From the NCBI RefSeq assembly GCF_006345805.1, contig NC_043001.1, forward strand, positions 31,186,001 through 31,250,000: 64,000 nt of DNA. Reading direction: 5' to 3'. Shown here piece after piece: positions 1 through 12,550 of this stretch (position 1 is the first letter of the stretch; the number at the start of each line of letters is the position of its first letter). Source of the stretch: Octopus sinensis (taxonomy: Eukaryota). Below the pieces are notes generated by a model. It made no database searches. It was not told the origin of the DNA and saw nothing but the letters and a program-made list of their open reading frames with translations. The translations under genes were made by a program, and so were the position numbers.

Positions 1-350
1 AACGCTTGTACTTTAAAAACCATTAAAACGCAATAAATTATTCGTGTCGTAAAAACTGAATTTCATATCTTTGAATAAAAATAAGAAATGATTAACCATT
101 CAAGTTCTCAGTAGACTACGAAAACTAATAAACTCAAAGTTAACTTTTTCTTCCGAGTTAGTTCTTAATTATATATGTAGTTCTATAAACTACTCTACCT
201 CGCGGAGATTCCTTTTTACAATCATTGGTTAACAATGACGCTGTATAATCTGCTACTGTTCATCCAAAGCGACTTTGGATAAATAGTTTTTGTCTCTCTG
301 AACTTACTGATTATATACCATCGCTATCATCACCACTGTCACCACTGTCA

Positions 351-401
351 CACCACCACCACCACCACCACCACCACCACCACCACCACACCACCACCAC
401 C

Positions 402-451
<50 letters not shown>

Positions 452-452
452 C
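351..452. repeat. (CAC)n-(CAA)n compound microsatellite
   Basis: Directly visible trinucleotide runs. Confidence 0.95.
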
Positions 453-2058
453 CATTAATTTAAACAACCCCACTGCTCCCACAGCTCAATCACTGTCCTA
501 CAACGTAAGACATAATTTTAAATGCTTTCCCCCTGCCAGTGTTTAATATAACGAAATCCCGTTGGAAGATCTTCCCCAGCCTCATATCCCTCTCCACAAA
601 CTCCAGTCATTAACGGTTTAAAAAAGCTACGTATCCGAATTCCTTAGATGAGTTACTGCTAAAATAACTTAACTTTTCCAAGCCATTAAATCTAAACTTT
701 CCAGTTAGCGTGTTCTACATTGGTGATTGGGTGAACTGAGCCGTTTATAATTCAGAGCCCAGCGTTTCCAATGAAATTCTTGAGAATTAAGAACGTCCAC
801 ACACACTCACTCTCTCTCTCTCTCGTTCTTTTTTTCTCTCGTTGTACATTTTTTCATTTATTCATCAATTTACGAATAGACTTGAATAAAATAAAAAGGT
901 AATTAATATTCTCAGCCATAATAATGGGAAAAGGAGTAGTTTTATTTCGATTTAGCTGGCCGAGCGAGTGTACTCATAACTATTGGTTGAACAATACTAA
1001 TACTAATACTCGATCGGCTAGAAATAGTTCACAAACAGCCCTCAAATCAAATCCTAACCGTCTTTAAAAATAGGGGAACACACAGAATAATGTATTTGTA
1101 GATGCAGCACGTCTGAAAAGGTGGAATAGTCACAGGTGGGCCACACTTTATCATAAATCTGATTGAGCCGTCTAAGCTGGGTTTAAGCACTAAGAACAAC
1201 CATTGCTTGGTTACAAGATTATTTGGTAAAATCATAAAAAATAGGTCACAGTTATACATCAACCTACGATGTACAGAACCCGTCCATAATGGCGCTTCAG
1301 CTGAAGGTTCAACATGCAAGAAGTATTTTCACTTCGAAAAGTCAGCAGTCTATTTTACTATCTATTCCCACCCGCAGAATGAAACGAGTCCAATGTCACA
1401 AGAACATGGATTTCCCATGAGTTACTTAAACAGCTTTATTCGCGAGAGTGGTTCCACACTTCAGTCTAAAAATATTATATCCATCCATAATTCTTTTAAA
1501 AATTCAGTGTTTTTTATCTTTCTATTATCGAGGGTTGTAATTTTGGGGGATTAATTTACCTGCTTCTGTGTGTGTGTGTGTGTGTGGGTGTGTGTGTGTG
1601 TGTGTGTGTGTTAAAGTTTGGCTTTGCAATCACGTGGCAGTAAGTTCCAGCAAATTGGGAATCACTTTGAATAGGTTTCCTCGATCATAGCCTCAAATCG
1701 ACGGAGAAAATTTTAATTTTGTCCATCTTATATTTATCAAATAAACATTTTTTTTCTATTATAGATTGTTTAGTTAATCATTTCCTGCAAAAGTTATTGT
1801 AAAGAATGAACATGTTTTAAAGTATATACAGTAAAAATCAGAAATGTTGAATTTCTAAATGTCTCAGAGAGACATGAGCGGTGGTGGAGCGATATAGTGG
1901 TTGTATACTGACAACTCAACGTGACAGTCCCGTAAGGGAATTACACCACCGCCATTTAGCCCTAGGAAACATCGACGTTTCCTGTCGGCTTTGACACATT
2001 TTCTGTGTCCTTATATTTGCAAAGGTGAGGCAATCCCCCCGGCCAGCTGGGACTAGCA

Positions 2059-2104
2059 CCTGAAGACATATGTTTCTGAGTGTATTGCTCGTCATCAGTC
2101 CAGG
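2059..2104 (-). ncRNA. Minimal type-I hammerhead ribozyme (HH1, left arm)
   Basis: Minus strand reads CCTGGA CTGATGA CGAG caataca CTCA GAAA C ATAT GTC TTCAGG. Core intact, GUC triplet, 6-bp stem I, one mismatch in stem II. Confidence 0.8.
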
Positions 2105-2179
2105 GTAGGTAAATTTTTGCTGATAATAGGATATATTTGCAGAGAGGTTGCAGTCATCTCAGCGAGCGAGACTGACTAC

Positions 2180-2223
2180 CCTGGACTGATGATGAGCAAT
2201 ACACTCAGAAACATGTCTTCATG
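2180..2223 (+). ncRNA. Minimal type-I hammerhead ribozyme (HH1, right arm)
   Basis: TGGA CTGATGA TGAG caataca CTCA GAAA C AT GTC TTCA. Intact core, 4-bp stem II, palindromic ACATGT stem III, GUC cleavage triplet at 2215-2217. Confidence 0.85.
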
Positions 2224-3463
2224 TGCTAGTCCCAGCTGGCGGGGGTGGGGGATTGCCTCCCCTTTGCAAATATAAGGACACAGAAAATGTGTCAAAGCCG
2301 ATAGGAGACGTCGATGTTTCCTAGGGCTAAATGGCGGTGGTGTAATTCCCTTACGGGACTGTCACGTTAAGTTGACAGTATACAACCACTATACAGTAAA
2401 AATCCTATTTGGGAAAATGAAGTAGAAATGTAAATATTTTAAAATTTCATTTTCATTCTCTAATTTTGGCCACTACTGTATAATCTCTACTCCGCGGACT
2501 TAGTCCTTGGTAAAGTGCTTTCTACATTGAGTATCTCAAGATCTCATTTGCTGACTCTGTGTGTGTGTGTATGTGTGTGGGTGTATGTGTGTGTATGTGT
2601 GTGTGTGTGTGTATGTGTGTGTATGTGTGTGTGTGTGTGTGTGTGTTAACTGTAACAGGGGTGACAGTAACTTTGAAGTTTGAGCTTGCTACAGTGCAAA
2701 TATGTACTCTACTAAAACGATTAATGTTAAATTGTTTCCATATATAACATGACATAAAAACAATGACTTGATACGTGTGTGTGTGAAACAAAAAAAAAAG
2801 AAAACAAAAGCAAGAGAAAATACTCAATGCGTATAGTAGATCCAATTCTTTAGAAGCTGATGATTTGACTGCATTACAACTCAGGGTCTTTCAGCCTACA
2901 CAGGCTAAAGTATGAGGGGAGAAACCATGAAAAGCATCGGTAGAGTATGTCATATCAGGTTCTAACACTAAACTATATTTACATACTTATTTCTTTCACT
3001 TCTGACATGATTCGTGAAGAATCGGGAGCAGCCAAAAAAGGAAAAAAAAAAGTTTCATATCTAAGTGTGGTAAGGTAATACGAGATGCCGTTAAAATTAT
3101 CGACTTCATTAAATGTCACGCATCGGATAGCCACCTATTCGCGAATCTCTGATAGGATATTGGATCCGAGTTTAGCAAACTTTATTTTTCCCTCATATAA
3201 AAAGCGAGGGGAAAAAAAAGAAATTGATAAGGCCTAGGAAAAAAGAAAAACTAATAAGGCTTTAAAGTACAAGGGGGAAAAAATACAGGATTTTGTGCTT
3301 TTCAGAGAAAAAATGACTAAAATTTCAAGAATTCTTTCGTGATGAAAATTGGCTTTGATAATTATACTATTTAGGGTATATAACTGAGAAGTTCAGTTAA
3401 CTTAATAGTTCTCTACGAGAAGAGAACACAACACCAAAATTATCATTTTGAAAGGTAAATTTA

Positions 3464-3507
3464 AAGGAAACATTTCTTGCTTGTTTACAGGCAAGAAATG
3501 TTTCCTT
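3464..3507. other. Isolated near-perfect 44-nt hairpin
   Basis: AAGGAAACATTTCTTGC / GCAAGAAATGTTTCCTT form a perfect 17-bp stem around TTGTTTACAG, which itself pairs further. Confidence 0.85.
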
Positions 3508-4041
3508 AGACTTATGGTTTTGTCTGTAAGACTAATTTGTCTCTTAAATCTATGAAGCATATCATTATCAAGCTTTCAGTGTGGATGGGAAAACAATCTT
3601 GCAGATATTTTTGACCCGACATAGACAATGCTAAAAATTAGATTGGATTCAAGCCTGTTTATTATAACAATGAAACTGGTTAAACATCTTTCTTTGAAGG
3701 CTCAAGTAGGGTTTGCAGAGTTGTCATGCGATTCAAACTGAAATTTTTGGAAGAAATGAATAATTAAATATATAAATTGAATATATTTTGGGTAAATGTG
3801 AATACACCATTTTCAATACAATCTGAATTAGCAATGGTAGCTTTTCAACAATTTCTGTTACACTTATTTCTGTGAAATTTTAAACGGCGGTGGTGAATAT
3901 AATACGGTTCAGCTATTAAGAACATGGGGTTTTTCCTTAAGAACATCACTGACAAAGTGAATGTGATGCGCTTCGGCACAGCAACTTCCCACTGGAGACA
4001 TTCATACAAGACACTTTTTGTAATTGTCGATGAAATAAGTA

Positions 4042-4553
4042 CCGTAAATCCTCGAGTATAATCCGCATTTTTTCCCAAAATTTAAAGGTCAAAATCCCTA
4101 GTGCGTACTATATACGAGGTTAAGAATGAAAATTATTTTCTAAGAAAGATCCGAGTCTCTATTTGCTGTCTGGCTATGTGTATTCAGACGCATTTTGCGA
4201 TGTCGGGCGCGAAAATACCCCAAGCTAAGCCTGAAAGCAATGAAGTCATAAAAGAATCATCCATAACTTGCAGTAAGCAACATTTATTAAACGTTATTTC
4301 TGTTATTTCTTTATTTTCTGCAAACAAAATGCACGAAAAAAGCTACACATTTGCATTATGTTATATATACAATAATAATAAAGGACGTTACCGTATACAT
4401 TTTTACAAACCAAGGACGTTATATAGACCTCCTTGACTCAAGTTAGAGAAGGGGTGCGTATTATACACAAGGTTTAGGTTTTTCAAAGGTACATCCCCCT
4501 AAAAATCCCCTGCGTATTATACTCAAGGGGAGACTATACTCGAGGATTTACGG
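4042..4553. mobile_element. Tc1/mariner-pogo (Tc2-type) MITE, inserted into a SINE relic
   Basis: TIRs CCGTAAATCCTCGAGTATA / TATACTCGAGGATTTACGG with TA on both sides. The flanks rejoin into the SINE motif GAAATAAGTA|CCAGTTGAGCACTGGAGTCGAT. A CCGTA terminus is typical of Tc2-type elements. Confidence 0.85.
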
Positions 4554-5810
4554 TACCAGTTGAGCACTGGAGTCGATGTAATCAAGTTATCTCTTCCCAC
4601 AAAATTTCAGGCTTTGTACCTATAGTGGAAAGGCTAATAGTAAAATTTTGTGTGATCTTGTATGTATATGGTTAAAAATGTTCTAAGTTTTGAATTGTTA
4701 TTGGCAATAATTTTTTCGTTTGTTTAAAATAATCAATCACGTTTTATGCTATTTTATTATGTATTGAACTTAATTACACTGAAAGAGGCTCTTGAGAATA
4801 TTCGTCTGTTAAAAAGGAATCTTGGGAGAAGAACGTTTCTAGAAACACTAGTCTATAATGAATTAGGTCGTTTTTCATGACCTGTACTCTATCGGATTTA
4901 TTCCAGATATTACTTCAAAAGAAATCCAAGGAATTATTCCTAAATGTTTTATAAAGCCTCTTACAACACGGAGAAAGATTCCTTGTATATATTTATAACA
5001 TCTATACATAATGGCCAAAATATCAAATAGAAATTGCGGCTGATGTTCCTGTTGTTGTTGTTTAATTTCAAGTTAGTTCTAATCATGCAGACCTACGATC
5101 AAACGCATCCCAACTGTAACCACACCAGGCACAACACACAACACACTAAGATAATATTATCCAATGAGTCCCTCTTTCCTAAGATGTCAGGATGGGATTG
5201 AAGGAATATTTGGCTGCTATATCCAGCATATCTACAAACCACGTTGAGACTCCCACGTTGATACCAGCAGAAATAATGGAATAGTATGTCAGTAACCCAT
5301 CCCGATTTTAAGCCTATTTTGCAAATTTCATAATAGAATTCGCAGCAAACCAGCTATAATGTTTCTGCCTGAAGTAAATGAAATATAATTTTGATGTCTA
5401 TGTAAGTGCAGGGTGGGGAATAATTTTTTATACGCTTAAATGAAATTTAAAGTAGCGAAACATTGCCGGAAACCACGTTAAAAGAAGAAGCAGTTTTTCA
5501 TTACTTCCGCCATCTTAAAGTATATATTGCTAATCTTTTAGACACACAAACACACAGAAATGCACACACGCGCACGCACACGCACTCACACACATACACA
5601 CACACACACTCACGCGCACGCGTATTCCCTCCTCCCTCCACATCTCAGCACATTGCTGCATTCCTGGCAAGATTTGTAATTCCTATATATGTACCTCTAT
5701 ACAAATCCCTAAAACGTTACGCAAGTAACAAACATACACATTCTCGCACACAGAGACCGCATACATACATATACATATACACATAACTATAATATACATA
5801 CATACATACA

Positions 5811-5857
<47 letters not shown>

Positions 5858-5928
5858 GTAAGAATATATGTAATATATACATTATGAATATATACACACA
5901 CACCTTACATACACACGCTCATGCGCAT

Positions 5929-5963
<35 letters not shown>

Positions 5964-7641
5964 CACACTTAAGCGCAGCGTAGACTTCTCACTCATAATG
6001 AATAAATTTTTCTTAAAACAGCTCATGCGCATGCACAGATGTTTCGTAATTGATCATAACTATACTGGGCTATATCGTCCTCAAAACCATATATTCAAAC
6101 ATACACACACACACACACACACACAACTGACTGCCATGAACTATATTGCGTAAGCAATCTCGATGTACATTTGTAAACATTTCGCTCGAAAATGAAAAGG
6201 TGAAAATGATGATGTATTCCAGTCAGGAAGATATAAGGATAACTTCCTTGTTAATGGGAAAATCATTTGAGCGTCCACTTCATTTTCAAAAACAAGAGCT
6301 GACTTTAATAAAAAAAAATGATAACATGAAAATTAAACAAACTGACTTGTTGTTGTGCAATGGAAAACATGAATAAGCGTAGTGTTGGAAACGTTAATTT
6401 AAATGGATGACAGTTATAAATGGCAACGACATCATTTCCACCACCAACACCAACACTGACAACAAGATGTCGTCTTTTGTAAGTGTATTAGGTCGTCACG
6501 TGTTCCTTGATATGAGCTTACTCTAGGAAAAAGAAGTGAGGAATTTGTGCGTCGAGATAGAAAAATATCTTCTTGCACTAGAATTTATTCAAGAAAGGGC
6601 GAGGCGGATAATATTTGCGCCTGTGTTGCAAAGAGCAGATCCATACCCTGCTGGCGTACTACTTGGAAAATTGTGGCCAAAAGTCAGAGCCAGAGATACA
6701 GGTATTGACATCGACCTTTATAATTCAGTACAAACAGTTGGTGAGTATTGAAGTGACCCGTAACACTCGAAGGTCACAGGGTTATTCCGAAGTTAAACTT
6801 CCCAGAGAGAGCAGAGATAAAGTCAGTCAGATTGATGGTGGTGCATAGTAGAAGGCTTAGTTACTGCACGCGTGATCAAGGCTTTAGAGTGGATATGCAA
6901 AATCTTAAACCCCGCTTCCTCTTTATATGGTTGCACCGACTCCGACACCTCTATTCGTAACAAGAATCATATATTTGTTATCTTGATGGAAATTACATGG
7001 CATGCACGGATAAAGTGAATCATGGGGCTACTTTTTATTACACTAACTCGTTAAAAGTTCGTATTTCACATCTATAGCTTTGCCGTTGTAACTTATTTTA
7101 TATATTACTTATTAAAGCAATTACGATTAAATATAATACAAAACTTGCGAATTTTTAGAAAGGGACTGTTTATAACCAAAAGTCCAATGAAGTAAAAAAG
7201 ACATAAAAGTAACTAATTATATAAATATTACAAAAAAAAATTACCGGAAACAACTTTGCCAGTTCAAAAAAATCTAAAGTACATCGAAGATTGAGCACTT
7301 AAAGTAACTTGATAATTTTAAAAGAAATAAATTCAGTAAAGCACAACAGTCTTTCTTTTCCGAGATTAAAATATTGAATATAAAATTTTAGTGAGTGTAA
7401 CATGAAAGATTACATGAAATGAAATGAAAATTAGCGTTCTGAAGTGAGCTGAAGTATGGTTAGAGTCGTAGGGATGTCTTCAAATACCTTTAGGTGATGG
7501 CTTCTAACGTCTTAATTTTTAATGTCTTTATTGTGTTACGCTTTAAAATATTGTATTACGTATTAGTGTACAAGATCTCCACTTACAATGATGTCCCATT
7601 AATTTGCTCTTTCTGTCTAGTTTGTTAGTTGCTGCATAGTA

Positions 7642-8207
7642 TTGGGTTGTCCGGAAAGTTCATGCCGATTTATAGTAGCTTACCTTTCGACTTATTTTAG
7701 AACATGGTTGAGTTCATAAAATAGGATTTGACTACACCTCCATTTGGAGCACAGTTTAAGCTATCTTTTCGTGGAAAAAGGTTTATGCTCCTATAACCTG
7801 TGTTAATTCTGTAATCCTTTAAAATGGAAGATAAGAAAGTTCATTTTCGGCATTTGATGCTTTGGGAACCAGACAAAAATTGCTGCAGCTCGGCTGGGAT
7901 GTGTTACCCCACCCTCCATATTCATCAGATATTGCTCCTTCGGATTTCCACTTATTCAGGTCTCTGCAGAATAGTCTTAATGGTAAAAATTTCAATTCCT
8001 TGGATGACGTAAAAAGATACCTTGATGAATTTTTTGCCATGAAACCATCTCAATTCTGGGAACAGGGTATTTTCAAGTTAAAGGAGAGATGGAGACGCAT
8101 TGTGCGACAAAATGGTTCATATTTGGTTGATTAAAAATGTAATGGCAAGTATTTATTGACCTTTTTCTTTCCTTTAAAAATCGGTACGAACTTTCCGGAC
8201 AACCCAA
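7642..8207 (+). mobile_element. Internally deleted mariner (probably mellifera-type TIR)
   Basis: TIRs TTGGGTTGTCCGGAAAGTTC / GAACTTTCCGGACAACCCAA, with TA on the left and TG on the right. Transposase remnants lie inside. Confidence 0.92.
7824..8134 (+). pseudogene. Mariner transposase remnant (N-terminus fused out of frame to C-terminus)
   Basis: MEDKKVHFRHLMLWE start, then in another frame WDVLPHPPYSSDIAPSDFHLFRSLQN...NGSYLVD*, the mariner YSPDLAPSD motif region. Confidence 0.9.
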
Positions 8208-8240
8208 TGTTTACGTTTAGTAATATTTTTATTATCACAA

Positions 8241-8245
8241 AGAGA

Positions 8246-8333
<88 letters not shown>
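8241..8333. repeat. (GA)n microsatellite
   Basis: Direct observation. Confidence 0.97.
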
Positions 8334-8336
<3 letters not shown>

Positions 8337-9009
8337 GGTGGATTTGCAGAATCGTTAGATCGTCGGAAAAAGTGCCTTGCAATATTTCTTCCGGTTCTTT
8401 ATGTCCTTAGTTCAAATCACACAGATCAACTTGTCCTTTCATCACTACACTACAGAGCCGATAAATTTAAATCGCAGTCATACTGGAGTCGTGATATCAG
8501 CTTCTCCTCAAATTCTCTAAATAGGAGGCACTAATCATTATTGTTAAACGACACTGTCCTTCAAGAAATGAAAGAGTGGTAAGCAATAAGGCACCACATT
8601 TAACACTAAAAAACGCCATTAATTCCACAATTCATATTAAAATGTCTCCAGAGACATCAGTGATTTTACCTTCCACTTCATCTCCACGCTATTTCCGATA
8701 AAATAGGTAGCAGCCAAGTACCCCTACGATGAATTCAATCGCTTTTATCTCTCTCCCTTACAGGTCTGTGACCTTGCAACACTGTCAGTGCGAGAGATAG
8801 TAGACTAGGTAGAGAAGCGATGAAAGGGCTTTACTTTCATTTACATTTTCAGTTCTAATTTCATTGGGTCTGAATTTACTTTCAGTCCTTCCATAGTTTG
8901 TGAAATAAATATCAGTCATATACTGTAATTGATGCAATTGACTATGCTTCTCCCCAAAAATATACAGCCCTGTGCCTATGTTAAAAATAATAATGGTTTC
9001 AACGATATT

Positions 9010-9190
9010 AGGAGAGGAAATAAGTCGATTAAATTGGCCTCGTTACCCAAGTGGTCGTTATTTTATTGGCACTGAAAAGATGAAAGGCAAAGCCGACCCC
9101 TCGGCGGGATTTGAACTCAGAACGTAAAGAATCGAAGAAAAGTTACTAAGCATTTTGTTCGACACGCTAACGAACCTGCCAGCTCACTAC
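9010..9190 (-). mobile_element. tRNA-derived SINE family A (head GGCGGCGAGCTGGCAGAA), decayed
   Basis: The reverse complement shows an A-box-like head and B box GTTCAAATCC followed by GACTTTGCCTTTCATC-like body. Confidence 0.75.
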
Positions 9191-9309
9191 CTTATGTTAG
9201 AAATAACTATAAACCTTTCTAATTTCTGGCACAAGGCTTGCATCATCATCATCATCATCGTCGTCGTGATGATGATGATGATGATGATGATGATAAGGAT
9301 GATGATGAA

Positions 9310-9665
9310 TGCTCTGATGCAGTGTCTCTCATAGCTGCTGATCTCAACTGATTGGAAGTGTTATCAGGTACGATTTATCTTGGTGCAAAAGATGCGTTAC
9401 AGTAAACATGCAGCTCAATAACGCAGATTTACTTATCAGGTGCTTGACCTTAACCAGCTGAGCACGTCCCTCAGTGACCTGCAAGGTCATGGGCTGTTTA
9501 TCTTGATATGAGGTTACCATGTCGTGCACATATAGTTGTGCTGCATGTGCCTGGTGTATCTTTATCGGGTAATCATGATGGGTATATTGGGTTGCGTATA
9601 TTTGTATCCCGGTGCCGCTTTGATAGCATGAGTTGCTCTCTCACTCAATAATAATAACAACAACG
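9310..9665 (+). mobile_element. Probable non-LTR element 3' end with (AAT/AAC)n tail
   Basis: Complex sequence ending CTCTCTCACTCAATAATAATAACAACAAC. Family not assigned. Confidence 0.4.
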
Positions 9666-9671
9666 ACCAAC

Positions 9672-9878
9672 GTTTCTAATTTAGACACAAAATCCAAAGT
9701 TTTGAGAGGAGGGGGTTAGTCAATGCCACCCACTCCAGTACTTGACTGGTACTCTATTGACCCTGAAAGGATTAAAGGGAAAGTTGACCTCGGTGGGATT
9801 TGAACTCAGAACGTAAAGAGCCAGATCAAATACCGTAAGAGACTTTTTTCCCCGACGCCCTAGCGATTCTGCCAGTGA
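9672..9878 (-). mobile_element. SINE family A, decayed
   Basis: Contains GACCTCGGTGGGATTTGAACTCAGAACGTAAAG and CGATTCTGCCAG, the reverse complement of the family A head. Confidence 0.75.
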
Positions 9879-10791
9879 TTATAATCATTAGCATCTCTCC
9901 TGAGACGAAGAACTGCGGATAAATATTGGTATAACTACAACTATTACAAACCAACCATTCGCTTTTTATAGCAGTAAATTGCAGTTCAAAGAAGAAAGCA
10001 TTGCGTTGTCACTGTAAGTCAGACACACTGGCCGATAAAATGCAAATACATTATCTGTTGGTTGTTAATAAGAGATAAAGAACGCGTTGTATTGTTCATT
10101 AAGATTAAATCTTTTCAAAATGGCCGATCGAAAAATTAAAGATGCGCCTCAGAAGCATGAAACGCATGCACACACGCACACACAAACACACTAATCTGAG
10201 TTACCCCCAAGGAAGAAGTTGATTAAGAAATGTAGGTCAGTCAACTGGATGTCGTGAAAAAAAGAGAAAATAAAGAGGATATTAACATTAAGGTGATTTG
10301 CATACAGGCTCTTTTAATTATTTCTTCCTGCTGTGTATAAGTAGGTGAATAAGTACAGCGAGAAACATAAACTTGATGACATCCTCCAGATATTTCTGCT
10401 CTCACGAAGTTCATCATTAATAATTTTGTTTTATGATGAGCATTTAATAATCATCTCAGGATCTCTTACAACGCCGTTATAGCTACCGTCGTAACTGCCT
10501 GTGTAACAAATCTATTCCCACTGTACAGCTGATAGTTTAAAAGTTAATTGTGTTGACTTAACTTTAAAACTTTTTAAAGTTAAAATATCAGCCAGTCTCC
10601 ACAAATCTTATTGCCTACAGATACTATTATTTGAAATAAAAAAAAAACACTGGCAAGTCCATCGATTTGTCCGCTCTATTATTTTACAATTAGCAAATAT
10701 TAAAATGTTGAATAGATTTTATTATCTAAAAAGAAATTGTAAATGGCGCGGAGCTGGCAACATCGTTGAAACATTGAAAAAAAAAAAACTT

Positions 10792-11195
10792 GGATCTTTT
10801 CGGTTTGAACGGCAGTTTTTAACATAATTTCTAGGTAACTAAAACATTTTGAACTTCGTATACTGATAGAATGTGTTTATAAAACATCTTTTTCTCTTGG
10901 CTTTATTGAGAGAATTCTATGGTTTGTAAGATATTTGTTGTTTCTTTTCTTCAATTTCTGCAATTTCAACCAATCAGTGACGTTTATTGAGGTAAAAAAA
11001 AATTCTGTGCCGTATGAATATGTCCCTCGTTTAAGAAACAGATTGGGTTTATTTACATTTGTGAAGAAAGAAACATACCCTTCCCCCACCTCTAACCCTA
11101 ACCCTAAAACAGATTGAAATGCAATAGATCGATTCTAGGGTGACAATTTCATATGACACCGCTAGAAAAAACTGCCGTTCAATCTGAAAAGATCC
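10792..11195. mobile_element. Unclassified ~400-bp TIR element flanked by a ~59-bp duplication
   Basis: 29-bp TIRs GGATCTTTTCGGTTTGAACGGCAGTTTTT with 2 mismatches, and an internal CTAACCCTAACCCTAA. 10733-10791 is repeated at 11196-11253. Confidence 0.85.
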
Positions 11196-11204
11196 GAAAT
11201 TGTA

Positions 11205-11850
11205 AAGGGTGCGGAGCTGGCAACATCGTTGAAACATTGAAAAAAAAATACTTTATTTGTTTTGTCTCTTCTTGTTCTGATTTCAAATTCTATTCAGGTC
11301 AACTTCGCCTTTCATCCCTTTAGGGCTGATAAAATAAATGCAAGTTGAACACTGGGGCCGATGTAATCGATTATCTTCTTCCTAATAAGACTTGCTGACC
11401 TTGTGTCAAAATTTGATATCATTAATGTGGTGAACTGGAAGAATCGTCGGCGTGTCGGACAAAAATACTTATCTGCATTTCTCCCAGCTCTTTATGTTCT
11501 GAGTTCAAATACCTCTGATGTCAACTTGATCATCCATTTTTTTCAGGGTCGATAAAATAAACTAACACTCCAGAAATGGGGTCGACGTAACCGACTAACC
11601 CACTTCCCTTAAAAATACTCGCTTTATGTCAAAATTTGAAGCAATTATATATTAGACTATAATGCGGGAGAGCAGACTCATTAGAACGTCGGTGGGGGGG
11701 AATACCTTTGCGGTATTTCCTCCATTTCTTTACAGGCTGAGTTCAAATACTGGCGAGGCTAACTTTGTCTTTCATTCCTCAACAGAATAAGAATACCAAT
11801 CAAGTACTTAGGTCCATAATATTGACTATTCCCTTCAAAATTGATGGCCT
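11205..11850 (+). mobile_element. Three head-to-tail decayed family A SINEs
   Basis: Three repeats of head, GAGTTCAAAT B box and GTCGAT-type body at about 11205, 11427 and 11665. Confidence 0.65.
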
Positions 11851-11863
11851 TATGCCTAAACCA

Positions 11864-12255
11864 GATGGATGGAAGCACTCCGTCGGTTACGACGACGAGG
11901 GTTCCGGTTGATCCGAATCAATGGAACAGCCTGCTCGTGAAATTAACGTGTAAGTGGCTGAGCACTCCACAGACACGTGTACCCTTAACGTAGTTCTCGG
12001 GGATATTCAGCGTGACACAGAGAGTGACAAGGCCGGCCCTTTGAAATACAAGGTACAACAGAAACAGGAAGTAAGAGTGAGAGAAAGTTGTGGTGAAAGA
12101 GTACAGCAGGGATCACCACCATCCCCTGCCGGTGCCTCGTGGAGCTTTAGGTGTTTTCGCTCAATAAACACTCACAACGCCCGGTCTGGGAATCGAAACC
12201 GCGATCCTATGACCGCGAGTCCGCTGCCCTAACCACTGGGCCATTGCGCCTCCAC
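11864..12255 (-). mobile_element. tRNA-derived SINE family B (head GTGGAGGCGCAATGGCCCAGTGG), tail type 1
   Basis: Minus strand shows A box TGGCCCAGTGG and B box GTTTCGATTCC. The tail ends ACCGACGGAGTGCTTCCATCCATC. Confidence 0.88.
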
Positions 12256-12550
12256 TCTCAATAAACACTCACAACGCTCGGTCTGGGAATCGAAACAAAC
12301 CTATTATCGATAAGAGGTCTAGTAATTGCTTTAATACAAGATTGTTTTACATCAGCGTTGTAAATATTCAGAAGACAAACCGAGTAAAAATCAAGTATCA
12401 ACAACAATGAAAGATATAGAAGAAGCAAGAGAAGGTTTTAAGCTGTAAAGTAAAAAATGAGATATGAACTTTTCAAACAATTTGTCTTTTGAAACGCTAA
12501 ATACACGAAACCGAGAAATACATATATCGGGAAAAAAAAGTACGTCTTCA

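Larger units (their letters stand above)
1893..2393. mobile_element. Head-to-head inverted pair of hammerhead-bearing Penelope-pLTR-like repeats (family HH1)
   Basis: Arm 1893-2108 is the reverse complement of arm 2175-2393 (~215 bp, few mismatches), with a ~66-bp spacer. Each arm carries a hammerhead core. The direct repeat TATACAGTAAAAATC occurs at 1825-1839 and 2390-2404. Confidence 0.8.

Noticed and set aside
6536-6848. Overlapping ORFs with slightly higher GC (LEFIQERARRII)
   Set aside because: Only a faint resemblance to LINE ORF2 C-termini. There are no splice or homology clues for a host exon.
11092-11107. Telomere-like CTAACCCTAACC
   Set aside because: Only 2-3 units, internal to a TIR element, so not a telomeric array.
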